Source: Nitrospiraceae bacterium (lineage in GTDB: Bacteria > Nitrospirota > Nitrospiria > Nitrospirales > Nitrospiraceae). Taken from it: a DNA stretch of 61,201 bases. Below the pieces are notes generated by a model. That model did no database searches and was not told the DNA's origin. It worked only from the letters and a program-made list of their open reading frames with translations. How positions within the stretch are numbered: position 1 is the first letter of the stretch; every line of letters starts with the position of its first letter. Positions 47,217 to 57,319 of the stretch are shown here, piece by piece. Location of the stretch: assembly GCA_037443165.1 (NCBI GenBank), contig JBBIOW010000001.1:2779-63979 (forward strand), written 5' to 3'. The position numbers were made by a program, and so were the translations under genes.

Positions 47217-49592
47217 CTATCCGGCCACATCCTGCTCGGCCTCTCGTCCGGCAAGGCGGCGCTCGGCCCCGGAGCCCGCCAGTGCGAAAACAAAGGCGGG
47301 TTTGAATCGCGCCACCGCCGCCGGCACCAAGACGACGGCGGCGAGCGAGCTCATGGCCATCGCCAACGCCACGAGGAAGCCCAGACGGACGTGCAGCCGA
47401 AAATCCAGATTCCACATCAGCATGGCATAACCGGACCCCACCGCGAGAGCGACGTACAGGATCGCTTTTCCGGCGGTCGGCAAGGCAGCGCGCACCGCCC
47501 CGGCCAGCTCGCCTCGACGGCGCATTTCCTCCCGCAACCGATAGATGATGTAGATCGCGTAGTCGGCCCCGATGCCGACCGCCATGCCCGATACCGCCGA
47601 GGTGCCGATGTCGAGCCGGATGCCGAGCAGGCCCATCATGCCGAAATTGGCCAGGACAGTGAGGGCCAACGGAATCAGGACGAACACCCCAGCCAACGGC
47701 GAGCGGAGGACCAGCGACGAGATCGCATACACGCTGGCGGCGACGACGCCGATATTGAGCAACTTCCCCTCCACCATCACTTGGTTCAGCGCCGCCCCCT
47801 GGGCCATGCCGCCGCCGATGCTCACGCGGTAGCCCGCGGGAAACTCCCGGGCCGTAAACCCCTTGAGGTCGCGGATGATCGTCTCGATGTACGCGGTACT
47901 GTCGGTCTTCAAATAGGCCCAGAGCACGGAGGACCGGTATTCGTAGTCCACATAGGAATCAAAGTCGCCCGGATCGCCGGACATGGAATAGAGAAAGAGA
48001 TATTGCGCGATCAAGTTGCGCGTGTCGGGCAAGGCATCGTAAACCGGATCGTCGGCATGCATCGCTTTGTTCATCCGCTTGAGGAAATCGGCAAGCGATT
48101 GGGTCTTGCCCACCAAGTCGTAGCGGGATTCCAGGTAGCGTTGCGTCGCCTCGATGGCGCGCAGCGCCGCCGGCTCCTTCATCGCATCCGGTCCCGGGCC
48201 TTCGATCAGCATGAACAGCGTGTTCGTCCCACCCATGCCGTCGTTGAGGGCGCGATCGTCGAGCCGCATGGGACTGGTCGGCGCGAATTCGCCCTTGAGA
48301 CTGGCGTCGATTACCAATTGATGGAGCCCCACGGCCAGGACTGCGAGAAAGACCGCCGGCGGTCCGAACAAACGCCCCCACCGTCCGGCGGCGATGTGGT
48401 CGGCGACCCGGCCGGTGAAACGATCCAGGAGATCGGCTTCTCGCTCGCGCTCCACTTCGTACCGCTTCGGCGGAGCAAGCCACGAGCGCAAGGCGGGAAT
48501 GAACGTCATCTCCAACAAGACAGCCGAGAAGATCCCCGTAGCCGTAAAAATGCCGAACACCCGGATGGTCAAGGTCGGGAAGGTCGTGAGCGCAAGAAAA
48601 CTCACGACCGCGATCGAGCCCGCCGTGAGCATCACGGGCCCGATCTTGGTCAGGGATTCGATCACCGCCGCCGCACTGTCGTGGAGCCGCCCATATTCTT
48701 CGTAGAAACGTTTCAAAATTTGCACCGAGTGGCCGGCGGCCACCGCCATGATGAGAATGGGCGTCGTCGCATTGAACGTGTCCAACGGCACATCGAGCGT
48801 CCCCATGATGCCCAGGCCGCAGAGCACGCTCAGGATCGCCGTGGTCACCGGCACGAGCATGCCTTGAAACGATCGGAACGAGAGGTAGAGCACCGCCATG
48901 ATCACAGCCAACGCGATGAAGAAAAACACGGCCATGCGCTGCGAATAGATCTCCAGCCACGCGAGCCCGGTGGCCATCCCGCCCAGGTAGAAGCGTACGT
49001 GGCCGCCTCGCTCGCGGGCAAGCACGGCTTCGACTCGCTCCTTGATCGCCCGATAGCCCTGCAGTTCCGGCCCGAATTTGAAATCCGCGATCACCACCGC
49101 CATCCGGCCGTCCTTGGACACGATGGAATCTTGGTAGATCGGGTTGGCGGCGATGGCTCGTTTGAGCCGCTCGATCTCCTCCGGGGTACGTGGCGCAGTT
49201 TCCATGAGCTGGCGCACGACCATGCCCTCGTCCGTCCCCGTGATGTCCTTGGCCTTGCGCGCCGCGAGACTGATCACATTGCTCCGGATCACGCCGGGGA
49301 TCTCTAGCACGCCGTCCGTAATCCGCTGAATGATCTCCAGCACCGCAGGCTGATAGACGTCGCCCGCGACCGGCTCCACGCCGATGACGATCAAGTTTCG
49401 CCCGCCGAAGATGCGCTCGATCGTCTTCGTCGTGATGACATACGGATGGTCCTGCGGCAGATTGTGGTCCGGATCCACGATGACCGTCAGCCGCCCGATC
49501 TGCGAGGCCAGCGCTCCAGTGGTCGCGAGCGCCAGAACGATCACGGCCAGCCGATGCCGGACGATGAACGTCACGAAGCGGCGAAGCATCAC
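47217..49592 (-). CDS. RND-superfamily exporter (MMPL/HpnN-like, 12 TM)
   Basis: 791 aa with two six-TM bundles, each followed by a large loop. GADYAIYIIYRLREE and PVMLTAGSIAVVF-type motifs. Confidence 0.85.
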   Translation of the reverse strand: MMLRRFVTFIVRHRLAVIVLALATTGALASQIGRLTVIVDPDHNLPQDHPYVITTKTIERIFGGRNLIVIGVEPVAGDVYQPAVLEIIQRITDGVLEIPGVIRSNVISLAARKAKDITGTDEGMVVRQLMETAPRTPEEIERLKRAIAANPIYQDSIVSKDGRMAVVIADFKFGPELQGYRAIKERVEAVLARERGGHVRFYLGGMATGLAWLEIYSQRMAVFFFIALAVIMAVLYLSFRSFQGMLVPVTTAILSVLCGLGIMGTLDVPLDTFNATTPILIMAVAAGHSVQILKRFYEEYGRLHDSAAAVIESLTKIGPVMLTAGSIAVVSFLALTTFPTLTIRVFGIFTATGIFSAVLLEMTFIPALRSWLAPPKRYEVEREREADLLDRFTGRVADHIAAGRWGRLFGPPAVFLAVLAVGLHQLVIDASLKGEFAPTSPMRLDDRALNDGMGGTNTLFMLIEGPGPDAMKEPAALRAIEATQRYLESRYDLVGKTQSLADFLKRMNKAMHADDPVYDALPDTRNLIAQYLFLYSMSGDPGDFDSYVDYEYRSSVLWAYLKTDSTAYIETIIRDLKGFTAREFPAGYRVSIGGGMAQGAALNQVMVEGKLLNIGVVAASVYAISSLVLRSPLAGVFVLIPLALTVLANFGMMGLLGIRLDIGTSAVSGMAVGIGADYAIYIIYRLREEMRRRGELAGAVRAALPTAGKAILYVALAVGSGYAMLMWNLDFRLHVRLGFLVALAMAMSSLAAVVLVPAAVARFKPAFVFALAGSGAERRLAGREAEQDVAG

Positions 49593-49634
49593 GCACCTCC
49601 CTCCCGGTGAATTCCAGCACAGATCATCGTCGGC

Positions 49635-50081
49635 CTACCCCTTAATGACCTGCAACGCCTCGCGCAGTTCCTTGATCCGTTTGTCGAGCAAGGCCAGGTG
49701 TCGCTCGAGCAGCACTTGATCCTCGCGGACCTTCCAGAGGCGATGGAAGACGACCTTCACTTCCCGGCGCAAGGTCAGTGCATCCTGATAGGCCGGGGTT
49801 TTGCTCTGAGCCTCCGTGACGTCACAGGCCGTCATTTTCAGGGCATAGAGCTGATTGTGGAGCCGGTCGAAGGCGGCCTGATCGGTCGGCTGTTGGCGCA
49901 CGGCTTGGATCGTCTGTTCGATCATCGCGGCCAGATTGATTTGGGTCTCGATCCCGCTCGCTCCCTTCGCCTGTCGCACGAACTCCGCCGCCTGCGGATG
50001 CATCAGACTGCCGCAGCCAGCGGTCAGGAGCAGAGCGACAACGCACAGTCCTCTGACGACGCTTCCTTGACGCATGGGCAC
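49635..50081 (-). CDS. hypothetical lipoprotein (helical)
   Basis: Lipobox LLLTAGC after a basic n-region. Confidence 0.6.
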   Translation of the reverse strand: MPMRQGSVVRGLCVVALLLTAGCGSLMHPQAAEFVRQAKGASGIETQINLAAMIEQTIQAVRQQPTDQAAFDRLHNQLYALKMTACDVTEAQSKTPAYQDALTLRREVKVVFHRLWKVREDQVLLERHLALLDKRIKELREALQVIKG

Positions 50082-50098
50082 CTCCTTGTCGATTGCGG

Positions 50099-50503
50099 TT
50101 ACGCTCGGCCGCCCGCCACTCGGGCGTCGAGGCTCAACGGCCCCGGGCCGTAGGCCAGTACGTAGAGCAGGCCGCCGGTCATGGCCAGGTTTTTCAGAAA
50201 CATGATGAACTGAATTTGATCCGCGAAATTAGTGTGAAAGATCGCCGTCGCGGGAATCATGAAGACGATCAGGAGCATCGCGCCCACCCTCGTCCAATAA
50301 CCCAGGATGAGAGACAGGGCGCCGGCGAGCTCGAACACGATCGCCCCGACGAGGAACACACCGGTCGCCGGCATCCCCATAGCACTCATGTACTGCTGCG
50401 TCCCAGCGGGATCCGCGATCTTGTGCAGGCCGGAGAGCAGAAAGATCGTCGCGAGCAGCACCCGTCCGATCACACTCATGAGTCCTTGCCGTTTTGGGTC
50501 CAT
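50099..50503 (-). CDS. DoxX-family membrane protein
   Basis: GRVLLATIFLLSGLHKI...FLVGAIVFELAGALSLILGYWTR...FLKNLAMTGGLL, typical of DoxX. Confidence 0.85.
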   Translation of the reverse strand: MDPKRQGLMSVIGRVLLATIFLLSGLHKIADPAGTQQYMSAMGMPATGVFLVGAIVFELAGALSLILGYWTRVGAMLLIVFMIPATAIFHTNFADQIQFIMFLKNLAMTGGLLYVLAYGPGPLSLDARVAGGRA

Positions 50504-50602
50504 GTGAGCACCTCCTGTTGAGCACCTGCTGGCACCGAGCCCTGCACGGCGCCGATTCCGAAGCCCTTCGACTGACGCGACTGCGCGGTCACTCGAGACC
50601 CA

Positions 50603-50935
50603 TCATTCGCGCTCTCCCTTGTGTTCTCGCTTGCCAGGCGCCCGCCGTGATTCCGACTTGCCGGAAAGCTCATGTGCGCAGTGCCTCAGCCCTTCCATCA
50701 ACCGGCTGCGATTGAAGCGGAAATAGGCTCGTTGCCCTTCCCGCCGGACCGAGATCAGGTCCGCATCCAGCAGGATTTTCACGTGGTGCGAGATCGTCGG
50801 CTGCGCGAGCGGCAGACGCTCGTTCAACTCGGCGCAACTGATTTCGTCTCGCTCGGCGATGAGGCAGAGTAACTTGTAGCGATTCTCGTCGGCCAACGCC
50901 TTGGCGAGGCTGAGAACGGGATGCCCTCGGGTCAT
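50603..50935 (-). CDS. ArsR/SmtB-family transcriptional regulator
   Basis: LAKALADENRYKLLCLIAERDEISCAELNERLPLAQPTISHHVKILLDADLI (winged helix-turn-helix). Confidence 0.85.
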   Translation of the reverse strand: MTRGHPVLSLAKALADENRYKLLCLIAERDEISCAELNERLPLAQPTISHHVKILLDADLISVRREGQRAYFRFNRSRLMEGLRHCAHELSGKSESRRAPGKREHKGERE

Positions 50936-51016
50936 GACCTTCCTTTTTGTTCCTCTTTGTTCGATATATTCAAATACATCAATAGACGACCGCTGTCAAA
51001 CCGCACGTTGCCCTCC

Positions 51017-51079
51017 AAAAAAAGGGGTCGGGAGTCTTTTTCAAGGCGCGGGCCGCTATAAAGACTCCCGCCCCTTTTT
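51017..51079 (-). terminator. long hairpin with flanking A/T tracts (bidirectional terminator-like)
   Basis: aaaaaaaggggtcgggagtcttt ... aaagactcccgcccctttttc, about a 20-bp imperfect stem. Lies just downstream of the minus-strand gene ending at 51113 and upstream of arsR. Confidence 0.55.
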
Positions 51080-51112
51080 CTTCGTCTTCGACCCCTTTTT
51101 CTGCGACTTTGG

Positions 51113-52084
51113 CTACCGTGTCGCTGCCTGCGGAAGGTGGTTCAGCGTCGGCGGGAAGGACAGTGACAGTGGATTTTGCGGAATCACCTGGTAGGTCGGC
51201 ATCCTCGGCGCGTGAGACGGCGCGCCGGGCGGCGTTGGCGGCTGCGGCGGAGCGGGCGGTTGTCGGGCTGCAATCGCTTGCTGGACGACTCGAATGTGGC
51301 GATTGGAGGGATCGTACTCCCGGGCTTGCGCGATAAGCGCTTGGAGTTGGCCCATCGTCGCCGCGGACGAGAACGCCAGCACTGGCCCAAGGATCATCCA
51401 ATCGGTCCAGGCTTGTGACACTAGCGTATCGGACTGCATCTTGTTGAGCAGGTCTTGTCGTTGCTTGCCGAGTTGGCGCACCTCTTCCGGCGTGGTCGCA
51501 CGTGCCAAGGCCTGATTGGCCGCGTCCAACTGGCGCTCGAGTTGCTCGACTTCCGCCTTGAGCGCAACCAGTTCCTGGCGGGCATCTTCCTGCCGGCGCA
51601 GCGCCGTGATGGCCCGGGCGACTTCGTCGCTGTCGACCTGCGCTGTCAGGTCGACCCGAACCACAATGGTCTCCCCGTCGAGCCGAGTGGTCACCCGGCG
51701 ATCGAGCACGGCCACCATGCCCGCCGAATAGGTGCGGATCTCATCCCGCGTGACATCGAGATCGCGGACAACCGTGACGCTTTCCAAATAGGTTGCCACT
51801 TGTTCCAGGACATGGCGTTTCGCGGCCTCCGTCGCAAGCGTGATCGCGTCCTCGCGGGTATCGCGCTCGCCCATGCGATACTCGCCGCTGGCCGTCACGA
51901 CGCGGGGTTCGGCGAGAGCCAGGGTACCCAGACCGGAGACCGCAAGGAGCATGGTTGCCACGCACATCGCGACCCGGCCTGATGCCCGACGGTTCAACGG
52001 ATTCCAAGGTCCCGGTGCCGTGACCCGGCCGAGAACTCGCGTGGCCATGGTCCCGATCCATGGATGAGTGAGAACAGAGCGCAT
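51113..52084 (-). CDS. secreted hypothetical protein: N-terminal alpha/beta domain, coiled coil, Pro-rich tail
   Basis: Hydrophobic VAMCVATMLLAVSGLGTLALA, then the coiled coil QELVALKAEVEQLERQLDAANQAL, then QPPAPPQPPTPPGAP. Start is uncertain (52084, 52048 or 51967); the track ORF to 52510 overlaps the upstream gene. Confidence 0.5.
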   Translation of the reverse strand: MRSVLTHPWIGTMATRVLGRVTAPGPWNPLNRRASGRVAMCVATMLLAVSGLGTLALAEPRVVTASGEYRMGERDTREDAITLATEAAKRHVLEQVATYLESVTVVRDLDVTRDEIRTYSAGMVAVLDRRVTTRLDGETIVVRVDLTAQVDSDEVARAITALRRQEDARQELVALKAEVEQLERQLDAANQALARATTPEEVRQLGKQRQDLLNKMQSDTLVSQAWTDWMILGPVLAFSSAATMGQLQALIAQAREYDPSNRHIRVVQQAIAARQPPAPPQPPTPPGAPSHAPRMPTYQVIPQNPLSLSFPPTLNHLPQAATR

Positions 52085-52304
52085 GGTTGGGCAAGCAAGG
52101 GCGGAGCTGAAACCAGATTCTCTCCGGGGGTCGTTCCCGCGGCGCCGACCAACCGGCCGACGCGCGACTCTCCGAACGTTGACCGAACCAGAGGCGAGAG
52201 TTTGCCCCCCGCGCGCCGGCGTGGGCACCTGCCGGCATAGCTCTCCTCCACCGACAAGATCCTGGCAGGTGCCGTTTCCTGGAGGATCGCCTCCGGAAGT
52301 TCTC

Positions 52305-53204
52305 TTACGGGAATGCAACGCTGAACGTGACCTCATTGCCCCGGTCATTATACGCGAGGTCGGGGAAAAGCCCTTGCACGAGGAAGAGTCCACGGCCGTT
52401 CGCATCCTCGGTGGCACACGGCGTGCGAGAGCGAGCGAGCAGGCTTTTCCACCGGAATCCACGCCCCTCGTCAGAGATGCTGTACCGGAGGGCTCGTTCC
52501 CGTTTGTCATACATCCAGCGAACGGTTACCCGCCGGCGCGCCAGGCGCGGGTCGCGACGTTTCGCGGCAACCAACTCCTCATAGGTCCCTCGAGCCAGGG
52601 CAGCTTGTTTTTCTTGATAGTAGATCTCCAAACTTCCATGCTCCACGGCATTGAGTAACAGCTCCTGCAGGGCCGCGCGAAGATGGACCCGTCGGCCAGA
52701 CGGGACGGATACGGCCGTATGGTGGACCATCCAGGCCACTGTCGATTCCACCAGCATCGGATCGGGTTCGCAGATGATCGCGCCCTCCATGCGTTCGACA
52801 GCCGGGAGTTCCTTGACCGTGGACTCCATAGCGTGTTGGGCTCGCCGAATCGCACGTTGCAAGTCTTCGCGAGTCGTCGGGGTGTGCAGGTACGCCAGCG
52901 CGCCGGCCTTCAGCGCGTCGAGCTCGGCCCGTTCTCCAGGATCAGGACCCACAACGATGACGGCGCTCGCGGGATGACGGTCGCGTAGCTCCTCGATGAA
53001 CGACAAGGCTTCCTGACCTGGGGGTACCAGTTCGACACAGAACAGATCCGGCGTCATCGCCTCGGCGGTAGTCCGGATCACCGCCGGATCGGAGGCAGTC
53101 ACCACCGAGACCCCCATGTTCTTAGCCACTTCGTGCAACCGAGCACGGGTTTCCGGACAGGACACCATTGCGATCATAGTGGGCTCAGCACCGTTTCGAT
53201 CCAT
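52305..53204 (-). CDS. pseudo-receiver domain fused to an RsbW/SpoIIAB-type HATPase serine kinase domain
   Basis: REC-like fold with substituted key residues (see findings). C-terminal N-box LLLNAVEHG, G1 ISDEGRGF, G2 ANGRGLFLV. SD aggagg lies before the ATG at 53204. Confidence 0.7.
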   Translation of the reverse strand: MDRNGAEPTMIAMVSCPETRARLHEVAKNMGVSVVTASDPAVIRTTAEAMTPDLFCVELVPPGQEALSFIEELRDRHPASAVIVVGPDPGERAELDALKAGALAYLHTPTTREDLQRAIRRAQHAMESTVKELPAVERMEGAIICEPDPMLVESTVAWMVHHTAVSVPSGRRVHLRAALQELLLNAVEHGSLEIYYQEKQAALARGTYEELVAAKRRDPRLARRRVTVRWMYDKRERALRYSISDEGRGFRWKSLLARSRTPCATEDANGRGLFLVQGLFPDLAYNDRGNEVTFSVAFP

Positions 53205-53230
53205 ACGACTTCCTCCTGTCTTCGCCAGCC

Positions 53231-53608
53231 TCACGGCTCGAGCGCCCGCAACGCGCCGATGAGCCGCGTCACTTCCGTTTCGGCCTCGGTCCACAGCGAC
53301 GGGTCGCCCGCTGCGATGCCTGCACGGGCGGCCTCTTCGAGCCGGCGACACGCCGCATGCGCTCTGGTGGCCGCAAACTGAAGGACGGCTCCTTTGAGGC
53401 GGTGCGCAGTCTTGGCCAGCGCGTCCAGATCGTGCCGAGCCCAGGCGAAGCGTAGCGTCTCCAAATCATGTGTGGCTTGATCGACGAACAGGCCAGCCAA
53501 TTCGATCAGCAGACTGCGATCGCCGTCTATTCCGGCCAACGCCTGGGCCTCATCCCAAATAGGATGCACCTCGTTGTTGGCCTGCTGCGTATCGATTCCC
53601 TCGATCAT
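53231..53608 (-). CDS. Hpt (histidine phosphotransfer) protein
   Basis: [13 protein letters not shown] motif within a four-helix-like sequence. The start overlaps the kinase stop (ATGA) and is preceded by caggagga. Confidence 0.8.
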   Translation of the reverse strand: MIEGIDTQQANNEVHPIWDEAQALAGIDGDRSLLIELAGLFVDQATHDLETLRFAWARHDLDALAKTAHRLKGAVLQFAATRAHAACRRLEEAARAGIAAGDPSLWTEAETEVTRLIGALRALEP

Positions 53609-56600
53609 GCGCGTTCCTCCTGAGCGGTGGACGGGTTCTCTCTGGCCTCCGGATCGACCGCAGCCGCCTGACATTCCCCCCCCCGGCGCCCGATCCATTT
53701 CTCCAGCATTGCGGCCAGGGCTTCTTTGCGGATCGGTTTGCTCAAGAAATCGTCCATCCCCGCATCGAGGCAGGCTTGGCGGTCATCGGTGAACGCGCTG
53801 GCCGTGAGCGCAATGATCGGACGGCGGATGGGGGTGGTACCTTCTCTCTCTTGCTCGCGGATCGAACGGGTCGCGGCGAAGCCGTCGAGTTCCGGCATCA
53901 TGCAATCCATCAGAATGAGCGCATATTCGCCCCGCTGCGCGGCTTCGACCGCCAGGGCGCCGTTGGCAACCACGTCCACGGCGTATCCCAGTTTCTCGAG
54001 CATCTTGACCGCCACGAGCTGATTGACCTGATTGTCTTCCGCCAAGAGGATCTTGGGGCGCGGTCTGGCCTCCTTCAACGTGTGCCGGGTGACGATCGGC
54101 TCGGGCCTCCCGCCCTCGCCCGCCCTCTGCCCCAGCACGGTTTGCAGGCATTCCCTCAAGGCCGCCTGCCGCAACGGCTTCTGCAGGTACGCCGCGAAAC
54201 CCGCAGCCTGCGCGGCCTGCGCATCTCCCCGCCGTCCGACCGCGGTGACGGCAATGAGTTTCGGGCGCGCAAGGGCGGAATCGGCGCTGATCGCTTGGGC
54301 GAGCTCGTAGCCCGTCATACCAGGGAGTTGCAAATCGATGAGCGCAAGAGCGATCGGGCGTCCGGCCTGCGCCTCGCTTCGCAGAACATGCAGGGCCTCT
54401 GGACCGGTCGCCGCTTCCAGCACGATCATCCCCCACGCAGATACGAGCTGCCGCACCGCCAGCCGGATCGGCACGTGATTGTCCACGCAGAGGATCGAGT
54501 GGCCGACGAGGCTGACAGGCGACTCGCCGGACGCAGTTGGTCGCGGCTGCGCGACTCCGAAGGGAACGGTGAACCAAAAACAGCTCCCCCGTCCCGCTTC
54601 GCTCTCCACGCCGATTTCACCTCTCATCAGCTCCACCAGCCGCTTGGCGATGGCCAATCCGAGTCCGGTACCTCCGTACTTCCTCGTCGTGGAGGCGTCC
54701 ACCTGGGTGAAGACTTGGAAAAGCCGGCCTTGGTCTTCAGGTTTGATACCGATGCCGGTATCCTGCACCTCGAATTTCAGGCCCACCTGGTCCGCAGAGC
54801 ACGCGACGGCGGCATGCGGCGTCACCCGAACCACAACCTCGCCGCGTTCCGTGAACTTGACGGCGTTGCCGATCAAATTGAGCAAAATCTGGCGAAGCCG
54901 CGTCGGATCGCCAGAGACCCAATCCGGCACCCCCGCTTCGATCAACGCAACCAGCTCCAGTCCCTTTCCGTAGGCCCGCTCGGCCAACAGATCCGTCGTT
55001 TCCTCCAAGCACAGCCGCAAGTCGAAGTCGATCCGATCGAGCTCGAGCCTGCCCGCCTCGATCTTGGAATAGTCCAGAATGTCGTTGATCAACGCGAGCA
55101 GCGTGTCGCCGCTGCTCTTCACCGTTTGGAGCATGCGGCGCTGCTCGTGTGTCAGCTCGGTTTCCAGCAACAAGTCGGTCATGCCGATGACCCCGTTCAT
55201 GGGGGTCCGGATTTCATGGCTCATCGCCGCGAGAAACTGCGCTTTCGCCTGGGCGGCGGCGAGGGCCTCATCGCGGGCCTGTCGCAATTCTTCGTTTTTG
55301 GTCCGCAGCTCATCGGCTGCCTGCCGGAGGGTCTCTTCCATCCGGATGCGGTCCGTCAAATCTTGGGCCACGCCCATCGCTCGCTGTGGAATCCCACGCT
55401 CGTCCCTCGCCACGACCTGACCCCGCATGAGGACCCATTTCCACTGGCCAGACCGATGCCGAAGCCGGTGCTCGAGCGCAAAATGATCCGGAGCGTCGGC
55501 GAGCTTCAGAGCGGCCAGCATCGCATCGAAGCGCGCGAGATCGTCGGGATAGACACGCAATCGCCAATCGTTGATGTTGTTCAAGGGAATCGGATGGTCT
55601 TCGAGACCCAGCATGCGCACCCAGGCCGGGCTGTGGTAAGCGTGTTGAGTGCGGAGATCCCAATCCCAAATGCCGTCGGTCGTCGTCTCCATGGCCTGGC
55701 GAAAGCGATGTTCGCTGGCCCGCAACCGTTCTTCGGTCTGCTGGCGATCGACGAAGAGACCGAGTTGGATCCCCACGCCGTGCAACATCGCGGCGAGCGC
55801 GTCATCGGGCTTCCGCCGGGTCGCGCTCGCGAGCTCGATGACCGCAATGGGGCTCTGCTTGACCGTGACCGGAAAGGCGACACCGCTCCCAGAGGTCGAT
55901 GCCGCATGGCCAGCCCCCTTGGCACGAGGCCAGAAGTCGCCTGGCTCGTCGCTCCACTCGACCTGTGCGGTCGCCCACACCGTTCCCGCCAGACTTTCCC
56001 CCTTGCGCAGGCTCCGGTGCGAGGCCGTCTCGGTCAGGGCCCCACGCGGCTCATCGGGCGCACTCCAGACGGCAATGGGACGAAGCAGCGCCGCCTGCTC
56101 ATCGACCATCCAGAAGCACCCCGCATCCCATTCCAAATGGCCGCACAGCGAATGGAGGATCGGCACGGCCAAGTCGTCGAGGCCGCCGTTCCCTTTGGTC
56201 AACATGGCGAGCTCATATTGCACCGCCATCGCTCGTTCGGCCTGTTTGACGCTCGTAATATCCACGAGGAGCCCGCGCAACGTCGTCGGACCGGAACCGG
56301 AACGGCCGACCACGACCAGATCTTTGACCCACACCGTCCGCCCATCGGCCGCGCGCATGCGGTATTCGATCGTGTGGGAGCGGCCTGCAGCGGTCTCCTG
56401 CCGGCAGAACGCGACCACCCGATCCCGATCCCACGGATGAACGTGATCGATCCAGAAGGACGGCTCCTCGGTCCAGGCCGACGCTGGATAGCCGAGCAGG
56501 TCCTCAGCTTGGCGACTGACAAACAGGAACTGAAAGGTCTCGGGGTCGGCTTCCCACACCACGCCGTCGATGGTATCGATCATCGATTCCCAGCGCTGAC

Positions 56601-57240
56601 GGGTGTCGAGCAACGCGGTTTGCAGCCAGCGGTCAGCGGTGAGATCGACGATCGAGTAGAGCATCACGCGCCCCGGCCCGCTGCCGATCGGCCTCGCCGC
56701 CACGCGCAGCACCAGTTCCGTCCCGCTCCGATGGCGACCGGGTCGATCGTCACCGGGCCCGATTTCCTGGCCGGCCGAGTGAGCCCCATCCGTCTCCCGA
56801 GGGCAATCCGTGAGCAAGACCTCGATTGGCCGACCGGTCAGCTCTGGGCGCCGGTAGCCGAACATCCGCTCGACTTCCTGATTCACCTCGAGGATCATGC
56901 CGTTCACGTCGGTGAGCACAAGCCCGCAGCCGGCGACTTCGAAGACGGCGTTCGCCAGGCGCTGATCTTCATCGCGGCCGACTCGAGGAAGCAGAGGTTC
57001 GGCCTCGGCCTCGCGTCTCCGTCGGATGAGCCGGTTCACTCCGATAAGCACCGGCACAAGCACCACCGCGCCGAGCCCGGCGACCACGGCAGACACCCGC
57101 TCGACCAACGGTCTTCGCGAGACCGCCGGATCGGCGCGGATCAGCATGCCGATCGCCGCGCCCATCACCACAGCCAGAGCCAGGGCACCGTAGAGCCCGA
57201 ACGCAAGTCTGTTGGTCGCCTGGCCGGAAGCCAGGGGCAC
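53605..57240 (-). CDS. hybrid sensor histidine kinase (2 TM, PAS x2, GAF, PAS, HisKA, HATPase, REC x2)
   Basis: H-box [15 protein letters not shown]-box [13 protein letters not shown]-boxes DTGIGI and GGTGLGLAI, plus two receiver domains ([11 protein letters not shown]; [12 protein letters not shown]). Start taken at the GTG preceded by aggaggg, because the track ORF to 57519 overlaps the upstream gene. Confidence 0.9.
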   Translation of the reverse strand: MPLASGQATNRLAFGLYGALALAVVMGAAIGMLIRADPAVSRRPLVERVSAVVAGLGAVVLVPVLIGVNRLIRRRREAEAEPLLPRVGRDEDQRLANAVFEVAGCGLVLTDVNGMILEVNQEVERMFGYRRPELTGRPIEVLLTDCPRETDGAHSAGQEIGPGDDRPGRHRSGTELVLRVAARPIGSGPGRVMLYSIVDLTADRWLQTALLDTRQRWESMIDTIDGVVWEADPETFQFLFVSRQAEDLLGYPASAWTEEPSFWIDHVHPWDRDRVVAFCRQETAAGRSHTIEYRMRAADGRTVWVKDLVVVGRSGSGPTTLRGLLVDITSVKQAERAMAVQYELAMLTKGNGGLDDLAVPILHSLCGHLEWDAGCFWMVDEQAALLRPIAVWSAPDEPRGALTETASHRSLRKGESLAGTVWATAQVEWSDEPGDFWPRAKGAGHAASTSGSGVAFPVTVKQSPIAVIELASATRRKPDDALAAMLHGVGIQLGLFVDRQQTEERLRASEHRFRQAMETTTDGIWDWDLRTQHAYHSPAWVRMLGLEDHPIPLNNINDWRLRVYPDDLARFDAMLAALKLADAPDHFALEHRLRHRSGQWKWVLMRGQVVARDERGIPQRAMGVAQDLTDRIRMEETLRQAADELRTKNEELRQARDEALAAAQAKAQFLAAMSHEIRTPMNGVIGMTDLLLETELTHEQRRMLQTVKSSGDTLLALINDILDYSKIEAGRLELDRIDFDLRLCLEETTDLLAERAYGKGLELVALIEAGVPDWVSGDPTRLRQILLNLIGNAVKFTERGEVVVRVTPHAAVACSADQVGLKFEVQDTGIGIKPEDQGRLFQVFTQVDASTTRKYGGTGLGLAIAKRLVELMRGEIGVESEAGRGSCFWFTVPFGVAQPRPTASGESPVSLVGHSILCVDNHVPIRLAVRQLVSAWGMIVLEAATGPEALHVLRSEAQAGRPIALALIDLQLPGMTGYELAQAISADSALARPKLIAVTAVGRRGDAQAAQAAGFAAYLQKPLRQAALRECLQTVLGQRAGEGGRPEPIVTRHTLKEARPRPKILLAEDNQVNQLVAVKMLEKLGYAVDVVANGALAVEAAQRGEYALILMDCMMPELDGFAATRSIREQEREGTTPIRRPIIALTASAFTDDRQACLDAGMDDFLSKPIRKEALAAMLEKWIGRRGGECQAAAVDPEARENPSTAQEERA

Positions 57241-57319
57241 CCTGTGCCCTCCTGGTCGCTCCCCAGCGACTGCGTCAGGAGCCGAGCGGCATGCCTCGGC
57301 GTCCGACCGAGTCGCCTCT

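Noticed and set aside
47178-49307. 709-aa plus-strand ORF
   Set aside because: It is antisense to the RND/MMPL transporter and has an extreme Arg/His/Gly/Asp composition with no motifs. The minus-strand frame gives a coherent 12-TM protein.
50941-51000. ArsR/SmtB operator palindrome in the AT-rich stretch upstream of the arsR-like gene
   Set aside because: The best candidate (tcgatatattcaaatacatcaataga) is only weakly self-complementary, about 14 of 26 positions. That is insufficient to call a 12-2-12 type operator.
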